Source: Paraglomus brasilianum
Lineage: Eukaryota
NCBI GenBank assembly: GCA_910592345.1
Contig: CAJVPI010000209.1
Coordinates: forward strand, 1-42,404
Reading direction: 5' to 3'
DNA: 42,404 nt
The notes under the pieces were generated by a model. That model was given only the letters and a program-made list of their open reading frames with translations, was not told where the DNA came from and searched no databases. Both the position numbers and the translations under genes were made by a program. This document shows, piece by piece, positions 23,763 through 36,700 of this stretch. How positions within the stretch are numbered: the first letter of the stretch is position 1; each line of letters opens with the position of its first letter.

Positions 23763-25308
23763 TTATTGGATTATTCGAATGAGTAACGACGTATTTAGTA
23801 TCGTGTCTGAATAGCTGATACTATTAAATTATATAACCAATAGATGTCGTAATGAATAGAATAGAGGAGTTATAGGATTGATTTTATTAGGCTTGAAATA
23901 ATACGAATATGGTTGGGGGATGGTAAACAAAAAGAGACAAAAGGATAAATGTAAGAGGGATGATGTAGAGAATTTGGGGAGAGAAGAAAAACGCCAGGGG
24001 TGCAAAAGATGAAAGGAGATAAAAATAAAACAACAAGCAATTACATGGAACTTACTTTTTTTCGTTTTCCAATTGCGTGTTGAGGTATAATACAGTTTGA
24101 TTAAGTCTATTGATTTCTTCAAGAAGGAAGCTCTCTCTTGATCGCATTTGTTTGATGTGATTAACAGCTAAATAGTCAAAATACATAACATGTAAATACA
24201 AGTATTCAGTAGTTAGGGAGACGTGACCCCTCAAAAAACGACGTCTATACTGGCGTATCCTTGTTCGACTACCAACGACTAGTAATATCGCTTACTTTTC
24301 TGCAACAAAGTGGCTTTGCTCATCTTCCTCCCATTATATGCAAATGGAAGTTGTCGACGCAATTCTTCGAAACCATCCTTGATTTCAGCGCGTCGCTTTT
24401 GTTCAGATTGAATATGTACTTGACGCCGAAATTCTGCATGTGATATGGCACTACAAAAAGAAACGGGTCGGGTTTATCAGATGGGCTTCATAAAATATTG
24501 TGATACGTTATATAAATATCACGTGATTGAAAAATAAAAGATGAAACTCTCCAATTAATTAATACCTATCACCTATCTATAACGCATTAACATACTAACA
24601 CACTAACACACTAACACACTAACACTCTGACACTCTGACACACCATTACACCAATACATTAATACACTGACACCCCAATACATTACGTTAATACACTCAC
24701 GCTGACACCCAGAGACACCCAAGATCCCAACAACAACCCTCCTCCATACACCGATTGCCCGCGATCTAATTTCTCTTCCCTTCAGACTCTTCATGTCGCC
24801 CAACCTCTCTCATTCGCGTTCTATTTCGTGTAATCAACTCACCTACAATTCTCATCATCTTCACCTTCTTCAACGCCGCCTCCTGGTCCAATGATGCCAC
24901 CCTGGCTGTCGACCAATATTCCATCATTATCACCTCGTCTTTTTCGTCTCCTCACTCCCGACTTGGCTGATTCGTATTTTTCCTTGCTATATTGAAAAAA
25001 CTCGGGTGTATCGAATTCTTCGGCTGATGGAGCTCCCTCACGATATTCCAGGAAGCTTAATGGGGATGAGGGAGAAGGAGATAATAATTGCACGGGAGAG
25101 GAGAGCGGCTGTTGGTGGGTGAGCGGATGGCTTGGGACCGATTGAGCGGGAAGAGTAGTCGATGTGGAGTGTGAGACGTGTGCGTCGAATGCGCTTTGAT
25201 GAATGGAAACCAGAGAAGATTGTGGTGGACAAAAGGAAAGCTCTGATGATGGATGAAGAGAGTTTCGGGAGAGAGACGTGGATAGAATTACCGAGTTGTA
25301 TTTGTCAT
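23763..25308 (-). CDS. Full-length bHLH-ZIP transcription factor (Max/Mlx-like E-box binder)
   Basis: Spliced reading: MTNTTR|AFDAHV...EDDENC|SAISHAEFRRQVHIQSEQKRRAEIKDGFEELRRQLPFAYNGRKMSKATLLQK|TVNHIKQMRSRESFLLEEINRLNQTVLYLNTQLENEK. The H-x3-E-x2-R-R signature is intact. The last exon and stop position are uncertain. Confidence 0.85.
24590..24670. repeat. 8-bp tandem repeat (acactaac, grading into acactctg) inside a bHLH intron
   Basis: Directly visible tandem units. Confidence 0.8.
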
Positions 25309-25929
25309 GACGCCAAAGAGGTTTTTATTCCGTGTCATAGTTGTAGTCGCGTGTAACGGAGGGGAAAAGGGAGGGAAAAAGGGAGAGGGGAGGAGGATAG
25401 ATAATGAAATTGATATCACTTCTTTAGTAGTGGAAAAAACGCGTATTTTTTTGATGCGAAACGTTTCCTCGAGTACGAGTTTCGATTAAACGGACGGCTA
25501 AACGACTGAACGACCGAATGACAGACCCAAGCCCTATCTACTTACCTATGGCTGATACGGGAGCATGAGTGACTTCATGTGAAAGAGCAAAGGGAGAAGT
25601 GAAAGCATGACGTTGCATGTTGTGATATATACGTTGTGATATTGATAAGGATGTGGTAAAGTCTTTGTCTTTTTGTTTATGACGAAAACAATTTGTAAAT
25701 GCTATTTATTGATCGTGGGGGTGTGAGGTGATTTTAAAAAAAATCTGTGAGACGCTATTTATATCGTTTGTGGAGGGGGGTGGGGCGATTTGTTGTTTAT
25801 TAATAAGATGCTAGTCGATAGTCGTTATTAATCTGTCTTCTTTGCAAAAGAAAACGACAAATTACAAAAGTTCGTGAAATTATAGTCAGACTTTGTATGC
25901 AAGTTTTTGAGTAATGAATAAATGTGCAG

Positions 25930-26035
25930 ATGTGTGTGTGCGTGTGTGTGTGCGTGTTGGTGTGCGTGTGCTGGTGTATGAATGATGATTTGGATTTTGC
26001 GGATTTTGCGTATTTTGCGTATTTTGCGTATTTTG
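25930..26035. repeat. (TG)n-like microsatellite followed by a 9-bp tattttgcg tandem repeat
   Basis: Directly visible. Confidence 0.8.
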
Positions 26036-26991
26036 TGTCGGTGGGTGGTTATATAGTTGAGATGATGATATTCAAAGTATGACGGGGAAAAAAAAAGTTT
26101 TTCTTCTCGATTATATTTTTTTTTTTGGAAAAGATCATAAAATGTATGTATTCCTTGACTTTATAATTAATGGGAAGTTGTTGGGGGGGCCAACGCTAAA
26201 TAATTTTTACGAACCAGGCCGTGATTGGTCAATTTCTGCTGTATTAATTTATACTAACAAAGTAAAGTTGAAATGAGAGTTATTTGAACATGGTAACTCG
26301 ACTAAACACATGGATAGTCATGTGATTCATATACAAAACTTTATTTTAAAACGTCTAGTTGGTTTAACTTAGAATATACAGTACACAACTTACAGTAGTA
26401 ATATTATTGTAAATTAAAATGTGATTATTACAAATTCGCTCGTAATACCCTAGGATGTGACGGTACCATGAACAGATGATCAGAGATGAGATATCACAAA
26501 CTATAGTTAATATCACACATATTGTGTTAAACTTTTGACATACACGAAATGCATGATCGGTAACATACATGGTAAGAGAGAGGTGGGTAGTAAGTAGTAT
26601 TAGCAGTAGCAGCAAGCAGCAGCAGCAGTATCGTATTGTATGGTATCGTATGGTATAGCATCGTGCTCGTATCGCATCGTATTCTCTCATATTACACCAT
26701 TCTCATATAATAACAGATGAATAAGGCATAATTACAAAAAAGGGGCATTGGATTCCCAGGGGAGGAGGTGGAAGTTCCGTTGATGTTGTTGATGTGAAGC
26801 CGTTGAATTGTATAAATTAATGTACTACTTTAATAAATCCCTTTAACAAAACATCGCCAGTTCAATTGTTGTCCTTAAAAAAATAACGGAGTTGGCCGAT
26901 TACCGAATTAAAGAAGCCATCTTAATGTTTAAAAATAGAAGCAATTTTTAAATCATGTTACATATGCCTTCCTACCTTTTCTTCCCGCCGA

Positions 26992-27055
26992 TTTTCCCTT
27001 TCCCTTTCCCTTTTCCTTTTCCTTTCCCTTTCCCATTCCCTTTTCCTTTCCCTTT
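26992..27055. repeat. (TTTCCC/TTTTCC)n hexamer microsatellite
   Basis: About 10 units. They produce the PFPF low-complexity ORF. Confidence 0.85.
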
Positions 27056-27673
27056 GGTTTCTTCATCCCTCTTTATCTCGGCTTCCCCTCCCTTTGGTCC
27101 CTTTACTCAGTTATCCATCGCCCTCGTGAACATCTTTTTAGCGATAATGGATAAATTTTAGGAAATCACCCATATAACTAGTTGATTAATCACTAATCAC
27201 TACGTGTTTAATTACCTTAAATAAACTGTTGGTTAAACCCGGATAAATAATACTCCCCTCAGCTCGTTTTCTTATCACCTTAAAGCCTAGTTCCATACCT
27301 CGACCGTTTCACATTCGCCGTCCCTGGAGATCGTGTATAAAGACTGCTCTATTGATCGAGCCATGTAGTACATAGATGATGAATAAACGTTCCTTATGAA
27401 TATTTCAAGAAACTTGGGGGTTTTTTTATCACCATCATCATCCCTTTGGAAGCTAGAGCCGAGGCGGGGCGGAAGCGATTGGAAGCGAGTGGTTTTGCAC
27501 ACACTTACACATTGACTATACTTGTAAAATCGTATTACTTGTTTGTCACAATTCATAAAACTCGTAAATTACGTTCCTATGTTCTAATGTAGTAGTATTA
27601 TTGGCGTGCCAAACAATGTAAACCTTACCCTTGTTTGCCCAGGCTGTTCGTTGCTATATTGTTATCCATTGTG

Positions 27674-27719
27674 AAAAAAGAAAAAAGAAAAAAGAAAAAA
27701 AAGAAAAAAAAAAAAAAAA
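27674..27719. repeat. A-rich tract (poly-A interrupted by G)
   Basis: Directly visible, about 45 bp. Confidence 0.8.
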
Positions 27720-27813
27720 GTCGAACCCATCAAATTAATGTTGTTGACATTAAATTTTGTGTGTCTATTTGTGTATAGCACCCGTAGAAACACCCATGCA
27801 CGAAATCTTGTAT

Positions 27814-27897
27814 ATGCTTGTCTGGATGCTTGTATGAATGCTTGTATGAATGCTTGTCTGGATGCTTGTATGAATGCTTGTACGAATGCTTGTATGA
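27814..27897. repeat. 12-bp minisatellite atgcttgt(atga/ctgg) x7
   Basis: Units alternate as ctgg, atga, atga, ctgg, atga, acga, atga, giving a 36-bp higher-order period. Confidence 0.9.
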
Positions 27898-28836
27898 ATA
27901 TGGGTATCTACCTGTCTACTAAATTGTCTAATCTGTCACCCGTTGTCTGCCTCTCTGTTTGTCCGTTGTTGTTCGTTTTTTTCGCTCTAATATACATCAC
28001 GTGGCAATCTAATACAAACCTTTTCCTTAATCATATCATTAATATAGGCTTATCCTTACCGTATCTTTACTCATTTTCGACAGATGCACCTTCTACTTGG
28101 AAACAGCAGGGCCTACCAGATTCAATAAACTGTGTGTCAGGGTAAATTTAATCTTTCTTTTTCAAGACCAAACCTATATTAGCAACACAAAAAGTTCGAG
28201 TCGACAAAAATATATAAAGCATACCTAATATAAAATTATGACGAATTTGATAGGTACGTGGACATGGTACTTGTACAACAGCCAGATAAGGTTTGGAACG
28301 TGGTTGAAACTAGAAGACGATCCAAATATGGCATAAGCTCAATGTATAAGCTCATGTTACAAGCGAATTTAAGAATGTTTAGCTAAAACTTGTCAAATAT
28401 TTCTTTGTAAAAGTGCTAGCCATAGTTATGAGCTGGCATTGGCTTTTGATGTGTGTGCATTTTGACTGTCATGCACAGATTGCACAGATTGATATTCACA
28501 ATGCGCTCGATCAGCTTGTTTCGTACACAGTATGACCAATATAGCAATAAACAAAATGTTCCACTACCGGATTAGTAAATAGTTATTTCGATGAAAGAAA
28601 AAAAATGCAATGGAACGGTCCGGCATGCAACAGATGACCGAGTTGTGACAGTGAATGTTTCGTTCTATTTTTCTTATTTCGTAACCATTGTTTTTTTGTG
28701 TACCATTTAATTTGTTCATATTAATATCAAATCCAGTTATGGGCCATCTAATCTAGAAACTTGTTGAATTGCGCTATTGATTTCATTTTCATGCATTACT
28801 ATTGTCGGTCCTTGGGTTAAAACGGCATATATGTAC

Positions 28837-28895
28837 ATGAATGTGTGTATACGATGAATGTGTGTATATGATGAATGTGTGTATATGAATGTATA
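28837..28895. repeat. 17-bp tandem repeat (atgaatgtgtgtatayg) x3
   Basis: Directly visible. Confidence 0.8.
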
Positions 28896-29130
28896 TTTTG
28901 CATTTCATTATAGTTCGACTCTTATCCAATACCATTATTGCTATATGTGGAAGACATTAACGAAACTCACATTAATAGACGATATGATAATACACAGACA
29001 CACAAACATATTAATACACAGATATGAAGATACACAGATGTAGTAGAGATACAACCACATATTAATGTAATTAATTCATATTCCCCACCCTCATAATTTT
29101 CTTTGTTTGCCTCTGCAGTATTGTTGCAAT

Positions 29131-29175
29131 CACAATAATCAACACAATAATCAACACAATAATCAACACAATAAT
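29131..29175. repeat. 12-bp tandem repeat (cacaataatcaa) x3.7
   Basis: Directly visible. Confidence 0.85.
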
Positions 29176-29855
29176 TATTTCGCTCTCATCCTATCCAGCT
29201 CAAATCAAGAGAAAAAAAACGAACGTAACGTTGATTATCAGCGATAACATGTGAGACTGTTGCGATGAATTAAGTAAACAAAGGGAATGTAACGCTGTGC
29301 TACGCTAGCGTATTGTTTGTATCATATCTCACCACAAAATCTCCCTCACTCGTTCTATTATCCACATCAACTCATCACCCCCCCTTTTTTTTTTCCCTTC
29401 TTCCTCTTCCTCATCCCATCCGACCATGAGAAAATAGAGTTATCTGATGCATGCATTTGTGTTTATTGCAGGATGGAAGAAATAGGCGGGAAACAAGAGA
29501 GAAGATGAACAGAGCAGAACTGATGAATTTGGTTAGCTTTCCTGTCTATCATTGGGCCTCGATAAGAATTTGTAATACATATTAGCAATGACAACTAATT
29601 TGTACATATTAAAATATTTTATTGTCAATAAGTCCTATTTCCATTGTTACATCATTACCATCTTTCTTTCTATTACTTGCTCTAATCCTGTTATTTGTTT
29701 GGCATTCTTGATAATTTAAAGTATGCCGATGTCAATCCAAACATACAGGTGAAGCACTGTCGATTAATTATGTAAGGAATTTTACTCAAAGCATCTCGCC
29801 AAGACCAATCAGAACAAACCGAGGAATGATTAGCGGCCTGGGCTAGTCATTATTA

Positions 29856-29944
29856 CACTGCAACCACTGCACCGCTGCACCGCTGCACCGCTGCACCACT
29901 GCACCACTACACAACTACGCTACTACACCGCTGCACTACCACTG
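29856..29944. repeat. 8-bp tandem repeat ctgcaccr with degenerate tail
   Basis: Directly visible. Confidence 0.8.
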
Positions 29945-32900
29945 GAGCGATGATCCACCGTCAGAGCACAATCGCATGGTTACTTTAAACCTAGTTAATA
30001 ATAAATTACAGGTTGATAATTATAGCGTAGAAGTATAAAAATAAAATAAGTTTATTCGTTACGTTCAAGAAAAAAGTTGCAATGAAGTCTCATTGTTGCT
30101 TGTTTAAACTTACTTTTACTTTCTAAATATTTGCTATTAAGAACAAAAGGTTTTTTTTTTTCACCATTCTGTGCGGATTTCCCACATGAACCACTCTGCG
30201 CTACACTACGGAGCTGAAGGGAATACGAAACATAATAAGCACTCTTAAATTATATGGATATATGCATATATATGTTTTAAAATAATCCCCTACTCTATAC
30301 TCTCTGTTATGTTACTATTACTTATTATGTTACTTATTATTATACTTATTATTATACTTGCCCCAATTCCGTTAACCCCTCATTCTAGATTTTTTTTATA
30401 CAGTATATTGTTAACGTACGTTTGTAATGTTATACAAATCACATCTCCATAATTGTGACCAATCTAGCCATATTGATGCACTTCCGGTAAAGGTGCGTCA
30501 AGACGCACGCACACAACTCGACCTACCTCCCCCTCTCAAGGGATTCGTTAGACAAAACTTTTTAATTCTGATCCACGTGTCCACATGCCATATTTATAAA
30601 GATTCACGTTGCGATCGATAACATATGCACAATTCCTTAGATGGAATATGTCTCCGCTTCACAAGTGACAGGTACACTGACATGTTTATTGACTCATTCA
30701 TTGTATTAAACCACGTTCTTATATTCTATATCGATAACTGTTCATAAGCAACAAAACGTGCCATCTGGATTGCTTTTTCTGATTGACACCGAGATGGATT
30801 GGCATGTACGTAGATACCGTATCATAGGTCAGAGAAACAAGATGTTATGCAGTCAATCGACCCATTGTGTCATAGGTAGACACTACAACAACATCCCACC
30901 AATAACACATAGATAATTGACATCAATCTAAAAATAGCACCATTTTAAATTCCCCCATCGAAATTATTGGTAATTGGAAATCTATATAGATGGATCCATT
31001 GTTCTAGAAAGTCATCTATCTTTGCCCTAAAAGATACGACTATTACACATTTGGCGTTTACTTTGATATCTGTTATTAATGCGAAAGCATCACTAATTGT
31101 TTATTATTGCAGTTGTGTTAGCATTACTGCATTACACTACATTGCCCTGCCTGTATTGGATGCTCATTGGTCCCTCGAACCATATGGATAACTTAAATTC
31201 AACAGCAACGAATCACACGTTACATATGCTACGATTATATTCTCGAAAAAGAAGTGTAAATAATAACACAAGCCTCAACAATTAGCTATCATGTGATTAG
31301 TCGATATGGATGAGAACATCCAAGTTTATTCGGGATTATCCGCCCATCTCTTAAACTGAAACCTTTGATCGACCCTGCCCCAAACAAATCAATGAATTAA
31401 CAACAATTACATTCTTTTCCAATGAATTAGTTTCATGGATACATATGTGTCTTTCCCTAATGTGTAGTGCTATGCTCGCAGTAACTTGTATAACAAACGT
31501 GCTATCAACTGTTGCTGTTACAATTCGATTGTTTGTAAGAATTGCTATTTGTGTGCTCCAAAATAGAACAAATGTTTATTCTATGTTTGTTTTATGTTTT
31601 TTATCAAGACAAAGAAAACGAATGAGTTCGCCATTCTACTGGATACCCCACGAACCATAATAAACCAATCGGATTGTTCATCCGCTCTATCCTATTCCTT
31701 AAATCATTGCAACCAAGAGTAAAAGGTTGTTTTTACTGTTTTGTCAACAAATTACCAATTGCAACAGTCCAACTCTATGTTTCGAGAACCATTGAACTAT
31801 CCGCCAATAAAGCTTATTATTATTGAACACCCTTGCATCAAACCTAAGAGAACATGATCGAAAGAAATATCCGCTCTTTCGTTGTGAGGTATTGTATTTA
31901 TGCTGTATTACATGGTCCGAGACTATTTTGTTTGACACACAACCACTCAACCTCCTGCCTTATACTGTTCCTGTTTTCCAAGCCTATTTCAACACAAATA
32001 CAAGATGGAGACGTTCGTCTAGCTGGTCTGCTGTTGACAATATCGCCATTCCCGATGAAACAAAAGATGTCTGTCGATAGATATTACAAACCTATTTCTA
32101 ATTAATGTTGATATAGAACAATACTAACTACAAGCCGTTAATTAGGTACGACAAAAGGGTGCATGGATAAACGTTAACCGCACCAAAAAAAGCAAACACG
32201 TTTTAGCCACTGACCAGTCAAACTCGTAACATATCTCCGTTTGTTTTTCTAGTTTTTGTGTTTGAAATTATATTGCTGTGATAATAGAGAGGGTTGTTTG
32301 GTAATGCGTGTGTCGCTCTTGTTGACGATAACGTGGTTTAATACAAATACAAACACAGCATAATCTGGTTGCAAGACTGCGCTCAAGCCAGTTATACTAT
32401 TTTGTATATCGATGGTGGCCCCGAATAATCAAATTACCACATCGTGTTAATAATCTTTGCCGTATTAATATCATACTCATATGAATCCGCGGAGCAATTG
32501 TCAGATAGAAATAAATATTCCAGGCAGGTTATAACGCACACTTTTGTTTCCTCACCGTTAATTCATCTTTACCCATGTAGAATCTCTCAATAGACATCCA
32601 ATCCACATCCCGTCCTCACATGATGACATCAATCTCCTCGCCCGCTCTCTCTTGCCTTTTCTAGATGATGGATGCTATTTTTATCACAATTAGCCATCGA
32701 ACTCTAACCCTAAGTTTCTTCTCTTTCCCCCATTCCACTACAAGCATGTATGCTAGGTACGCCTACAATAGGTTTGCGCTTATTATAAACATACTGTATA
32801 TATGAGAGTGTATCTATCGTCCATCAATCATCACATCCCCCACCTCAGCCTCTTGCATGCGTGGGGAAGATTAGAGTGATTGAAACACAGAGTTCATCAA

Positions 32901-34362
32901 ACCCAAAATAAAAACATGCAAAAAGAATGAGAAACAAGCCTCGAAGTTTAATTTATAATAAGCATCTATACATATATCGGATGTACGCTTTGTTTGGGGA
33001 AGGAGGGATGGAGAAAAAGGGGTGATGGGAAGATAAGGAAGGAACAGAAAAAGAACGTAGAATGCAGAGAACTATCGTTGTTGTGTCACTTGATTTGGGA
33101 AACAAGGCGTTCCGCGCGAAATGAAGAGAAAAAAAAAAGGCGGAGAACGATTGCTGCGATAGGTAAGCGAAGAAGGAAAAAAAAATCCGTTTGTTTGAGG
33201 CAAAAAAAAAAAGTATTAGGGGGAGGGGGTGAAAATAAGATAGAATACATGTCATTATAGGTGATGGTTAAATGGTTAGTGTGATTTTTAAGAACAAAGA
33301 AACAAATGACCAACAAAGAATACCATACAAGTTAAGACTTAACCCTGATACAGTCATGTAGGTTGTTATGGCGTAAACCTCGCGCCTAAGTGTTTGGGTG
33401 ATTGTAACGTACGTACTCATTATCGACAGTAGCTTCTATAGTTCTCGTGGAATTAAGATGGTGGATAGAACAAAAACTTGTCATCTTCTAACGCAGTCGT
33501 TTTTAATAACTTCTAAAACTATATATCCCCATCACCAGTTCCAATCATGTGGAAGCTTGGCGTTACTTATGCGTTGTATAAGTCTAATTTGAGAAGATAA
33601 TAACTATGCAGAAATAAAGATATGGTTTACGAGTTTGTCGCTTTGCTTATCTCGTAATTGGTACACGACAATAAGCCTTGCGTGGGAATTCAAACTATCT
33701 CTGATATCCCTACGCATTGAAGGAAAAGTCTGGTAAGATTCTTTAAACATAACAACAACTGAATTAAATGTTATTTCTAACCATATGCGTTAGACAATAT
33801 TAGACATATCCGACTGTCTAAATAGACTTTGGATTCTCTCGATTGATAAGCAAACCTTATTAAAGAAGCACGGTTACAAGTTTATATATCAATATTGACT
33901 TTTATAGACTTTGCTTACAAAGGTTACCATATCTTGCATGGTCGGCTAATGATGTGTCTTAAACATTGGTTGTGCCAAGCCGGAAATAAGATACATTGTA
34001 GAAGTTTAAATACAAAACTGGTGTTGCATTTTGTAATTTCACACGCTTATGTCGAATTAATTCAGAATCCTAATTGAATATTCACCATTGTCGTCCCAGA
34101 TGATAGGTAGAATACCATGTTTTCATGTTCATCATTTAGAAGCTTAATTATATACTCTTTTGTTTGTTCTATCGTACTTATCTTCCTTGGCTCGTAAGAC
34201 GTCTTTCTTTTCATTATCTTCTCACACACAAGTAATCATTGCTATATTTATATACTAAATTAAAGATATTATTATCGAATTGTCCTTGGGACAGATACTG
34301 CTTTGTTAATAATAGTACTCATAGAGCGAATATGTATGCAGCAGAATCAGTCATCCATAACG

Positions 34363-36700
34363 CCCTCCAATTTCTTGTACTATATGTGATCAGGTGGGTA
34401 ACCAATCTTGGAAAAAAATACACTAATACTAATACTAACACAGATTTTGCAACAAAGAAGAACCAGGTAAATCTAAATGGATAGTACAGTTAACAATGAG
34501 AATAAAGCATAACATTTGACAATTGACAAGCAAAGCATTAAGTCTTAACATTTAGCTGTTCAAAACAAGGTCATATGCTGGCCAGTTGGGTATCTTTAAA
34601 AATGAGTAATCCTATGTGTCTAGTTATAATGTTAATGATAATGAGTGCATTGCATCTCAAACAAATTTAACAACTAAAACCAAAAATGTCACTCTGTTAC
34701 CATATACTATCTACTGTAATAGTGAATTGCATTAGACTCTGTTAAAACTAGCTAACTCATCACAGCTGTCAGTGAATGTGTAAACCTGAACCAGGCAAAG
34801 TTCTGGAAATAGATCAATTTCCTGAAATAATAGATAAGATTTATTGAAATTAGTCAAAGTTCTTGCACAATTTTGTCAAGTTTGTGTCTCCTTATGAGTA
34901 TTAGTGGAAATGGGTTCCAATAGTTTGGCAGTTCTATCTTCATGAATGTACATACATACCAAATGGTGTCTATACAGACTTTACAAATTACCTCTGCTTA
35001 TTGCTCAAATTCTTGTTCCTTACCCATTATTAACTCAATAAGTCACTATTTATATTACAAAGTCTTTTTTGGTTGGATAATTGGAGCTTGGCATTAATTA
35101 TGAATGTATAGAAATAAACCATATTGTCTACATATTGAACAATTATATCAGAATACTGATAACATAAGCAATAAGGTTGAGGCCAAGCATTATTTGTATG
35201 GATTAAAAGTTGCATCTAAATATACAAAATGTTATCAGTAGAAGCACCAGTTAGTACATTATATTATATTTAGTAATTAGTAAGGACATAGTCTTCAGGT
35301 GATTTTTTTTATATATTGTGAGTTATATAACACTAATACTATTATTATACAAAGTCGGTATTTTTGTGACTTATTCAGTATAATTCGTGTTAAAATTCTA
35401 TATTCACATCTTTTTTCTAATCATAACTCTTATAATGTGAAACTACTTTAATTTCACTATATATTTACCACTGATTTATTCTCTATCAATTTTATGTAAT
35501 TTTCAAAAAATCTTATTATAAAGATAAAAATACAACTTTGAACAAGCATGGCTATTTAATTAAACATTCTGTCAAAATCTACAACTAGAGAATGATAAAG
35601 CTTAACAAGGGGTGTAAGTTTATTATCATCATTGCAATTACTGTTACTATTACTATTACTATGTTGTAATCAAAGAAAAAATTATGTTAAGATTAAAACA
35701 AATAATATTCTTATGTAAGGCAGACTAACAGACAATGCAAACATTACTATGTGCCAAAATGGTTAATGTGGCTGAAAATTAACCAAGTGGGGGATAATGT
35801 TATTGTTTTAGTGGCTACAGCTTTTGCTCGTGCACAATTTGGGGCTAATTTTTTATAAATTGATACCATAAATTTTTTACTCAAAGGTATTATTATTAGT
35901 ATTAGAACGCGTTAAAAACATAGGAATACGTCTGTATATAAATTAAAATACATGAAACTAGTTTACATCAGATCTACTTTAGAACCCAAAAATTACAGTA
36001 CTATTAGAAGCATTTAAAAAAAAAGCAAGGCAAAATTTTTGCTCCATATTAATATAAATATGTTTTTAAATGCATGGTACCCAAACTCTCCAGGAATATT
36101 TTGGTAATGAAAATTACTTACGTAATTCAGCAAGAAGAAAGAAAACTAATAAACATTAAGAAAAGCCAGCAGAATGAGAATGTATCTTTACAAACAAAAG
36201 ACTTAAATCTCTGGGCGGGAAACAATATAAACAAAATACTAATTACTTTTGTCTTTCGCAATGAGGTTTCTAAAACCAATACTTCCATTCCAGCTTTGTA
36301 TTAAGCACTGACCTTTTTTGGTAAAATTAATTTAACTAACATAGTAATAGTTTAAAACAAGAAAAACAACTGTAATATGTAACCAGAAAAAATTTTTAAT
36401 TGTCACAACAATAATACAAAGAAAGTCTAACCTTTAATTGATGAGATGAAAAAAGAGATTATTAAATTTTGTTGCTGAGATTACACTTAAAATCTGGTCC
36501 AACAAGAGGAAATAAAATAAAAGAAGAAAGGAAAGCTTTAGAGAAATTTAAAAAATTTATTTACTTCCTTCCAATAGGTAACCATATGTCAAAATAATAA
36601 ACAGTTTCTGTTTGCTAGAGCTTTTGTAGGCAACAGACAGTACACTCGCTTGGGCATTATTTTTAAAACTGAAAGTCCTCCTCTCAGTAATTGTTGTGAG
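34363..36700. mobile_element. Probable old, CpG-depleted transposon relic (family not assignable)
   Basis: Very AT-rich. No CpG was seen between ~34363 and 35355 and few afterwards. Only short broken reading frames are present. Confidence 0.3.

Noticed and set aside
26955..27161. PFPF-rich ORF and its antisense KGKG frame
   Set aside because: Both arise from a hexamer microsatellite, and the antisense frame has an early stop.
27738..28145. 135-aa ORF with ACMN repeats
   Set aside because: It is kept open by a 12-bp minisatellite and has no recognisable domain.
32953..33316. Overlapping Lys/Arg-rich and Phe-rich ORFs
   Set aside because: This is low-complexity purine-rich sequence with no coding signature.
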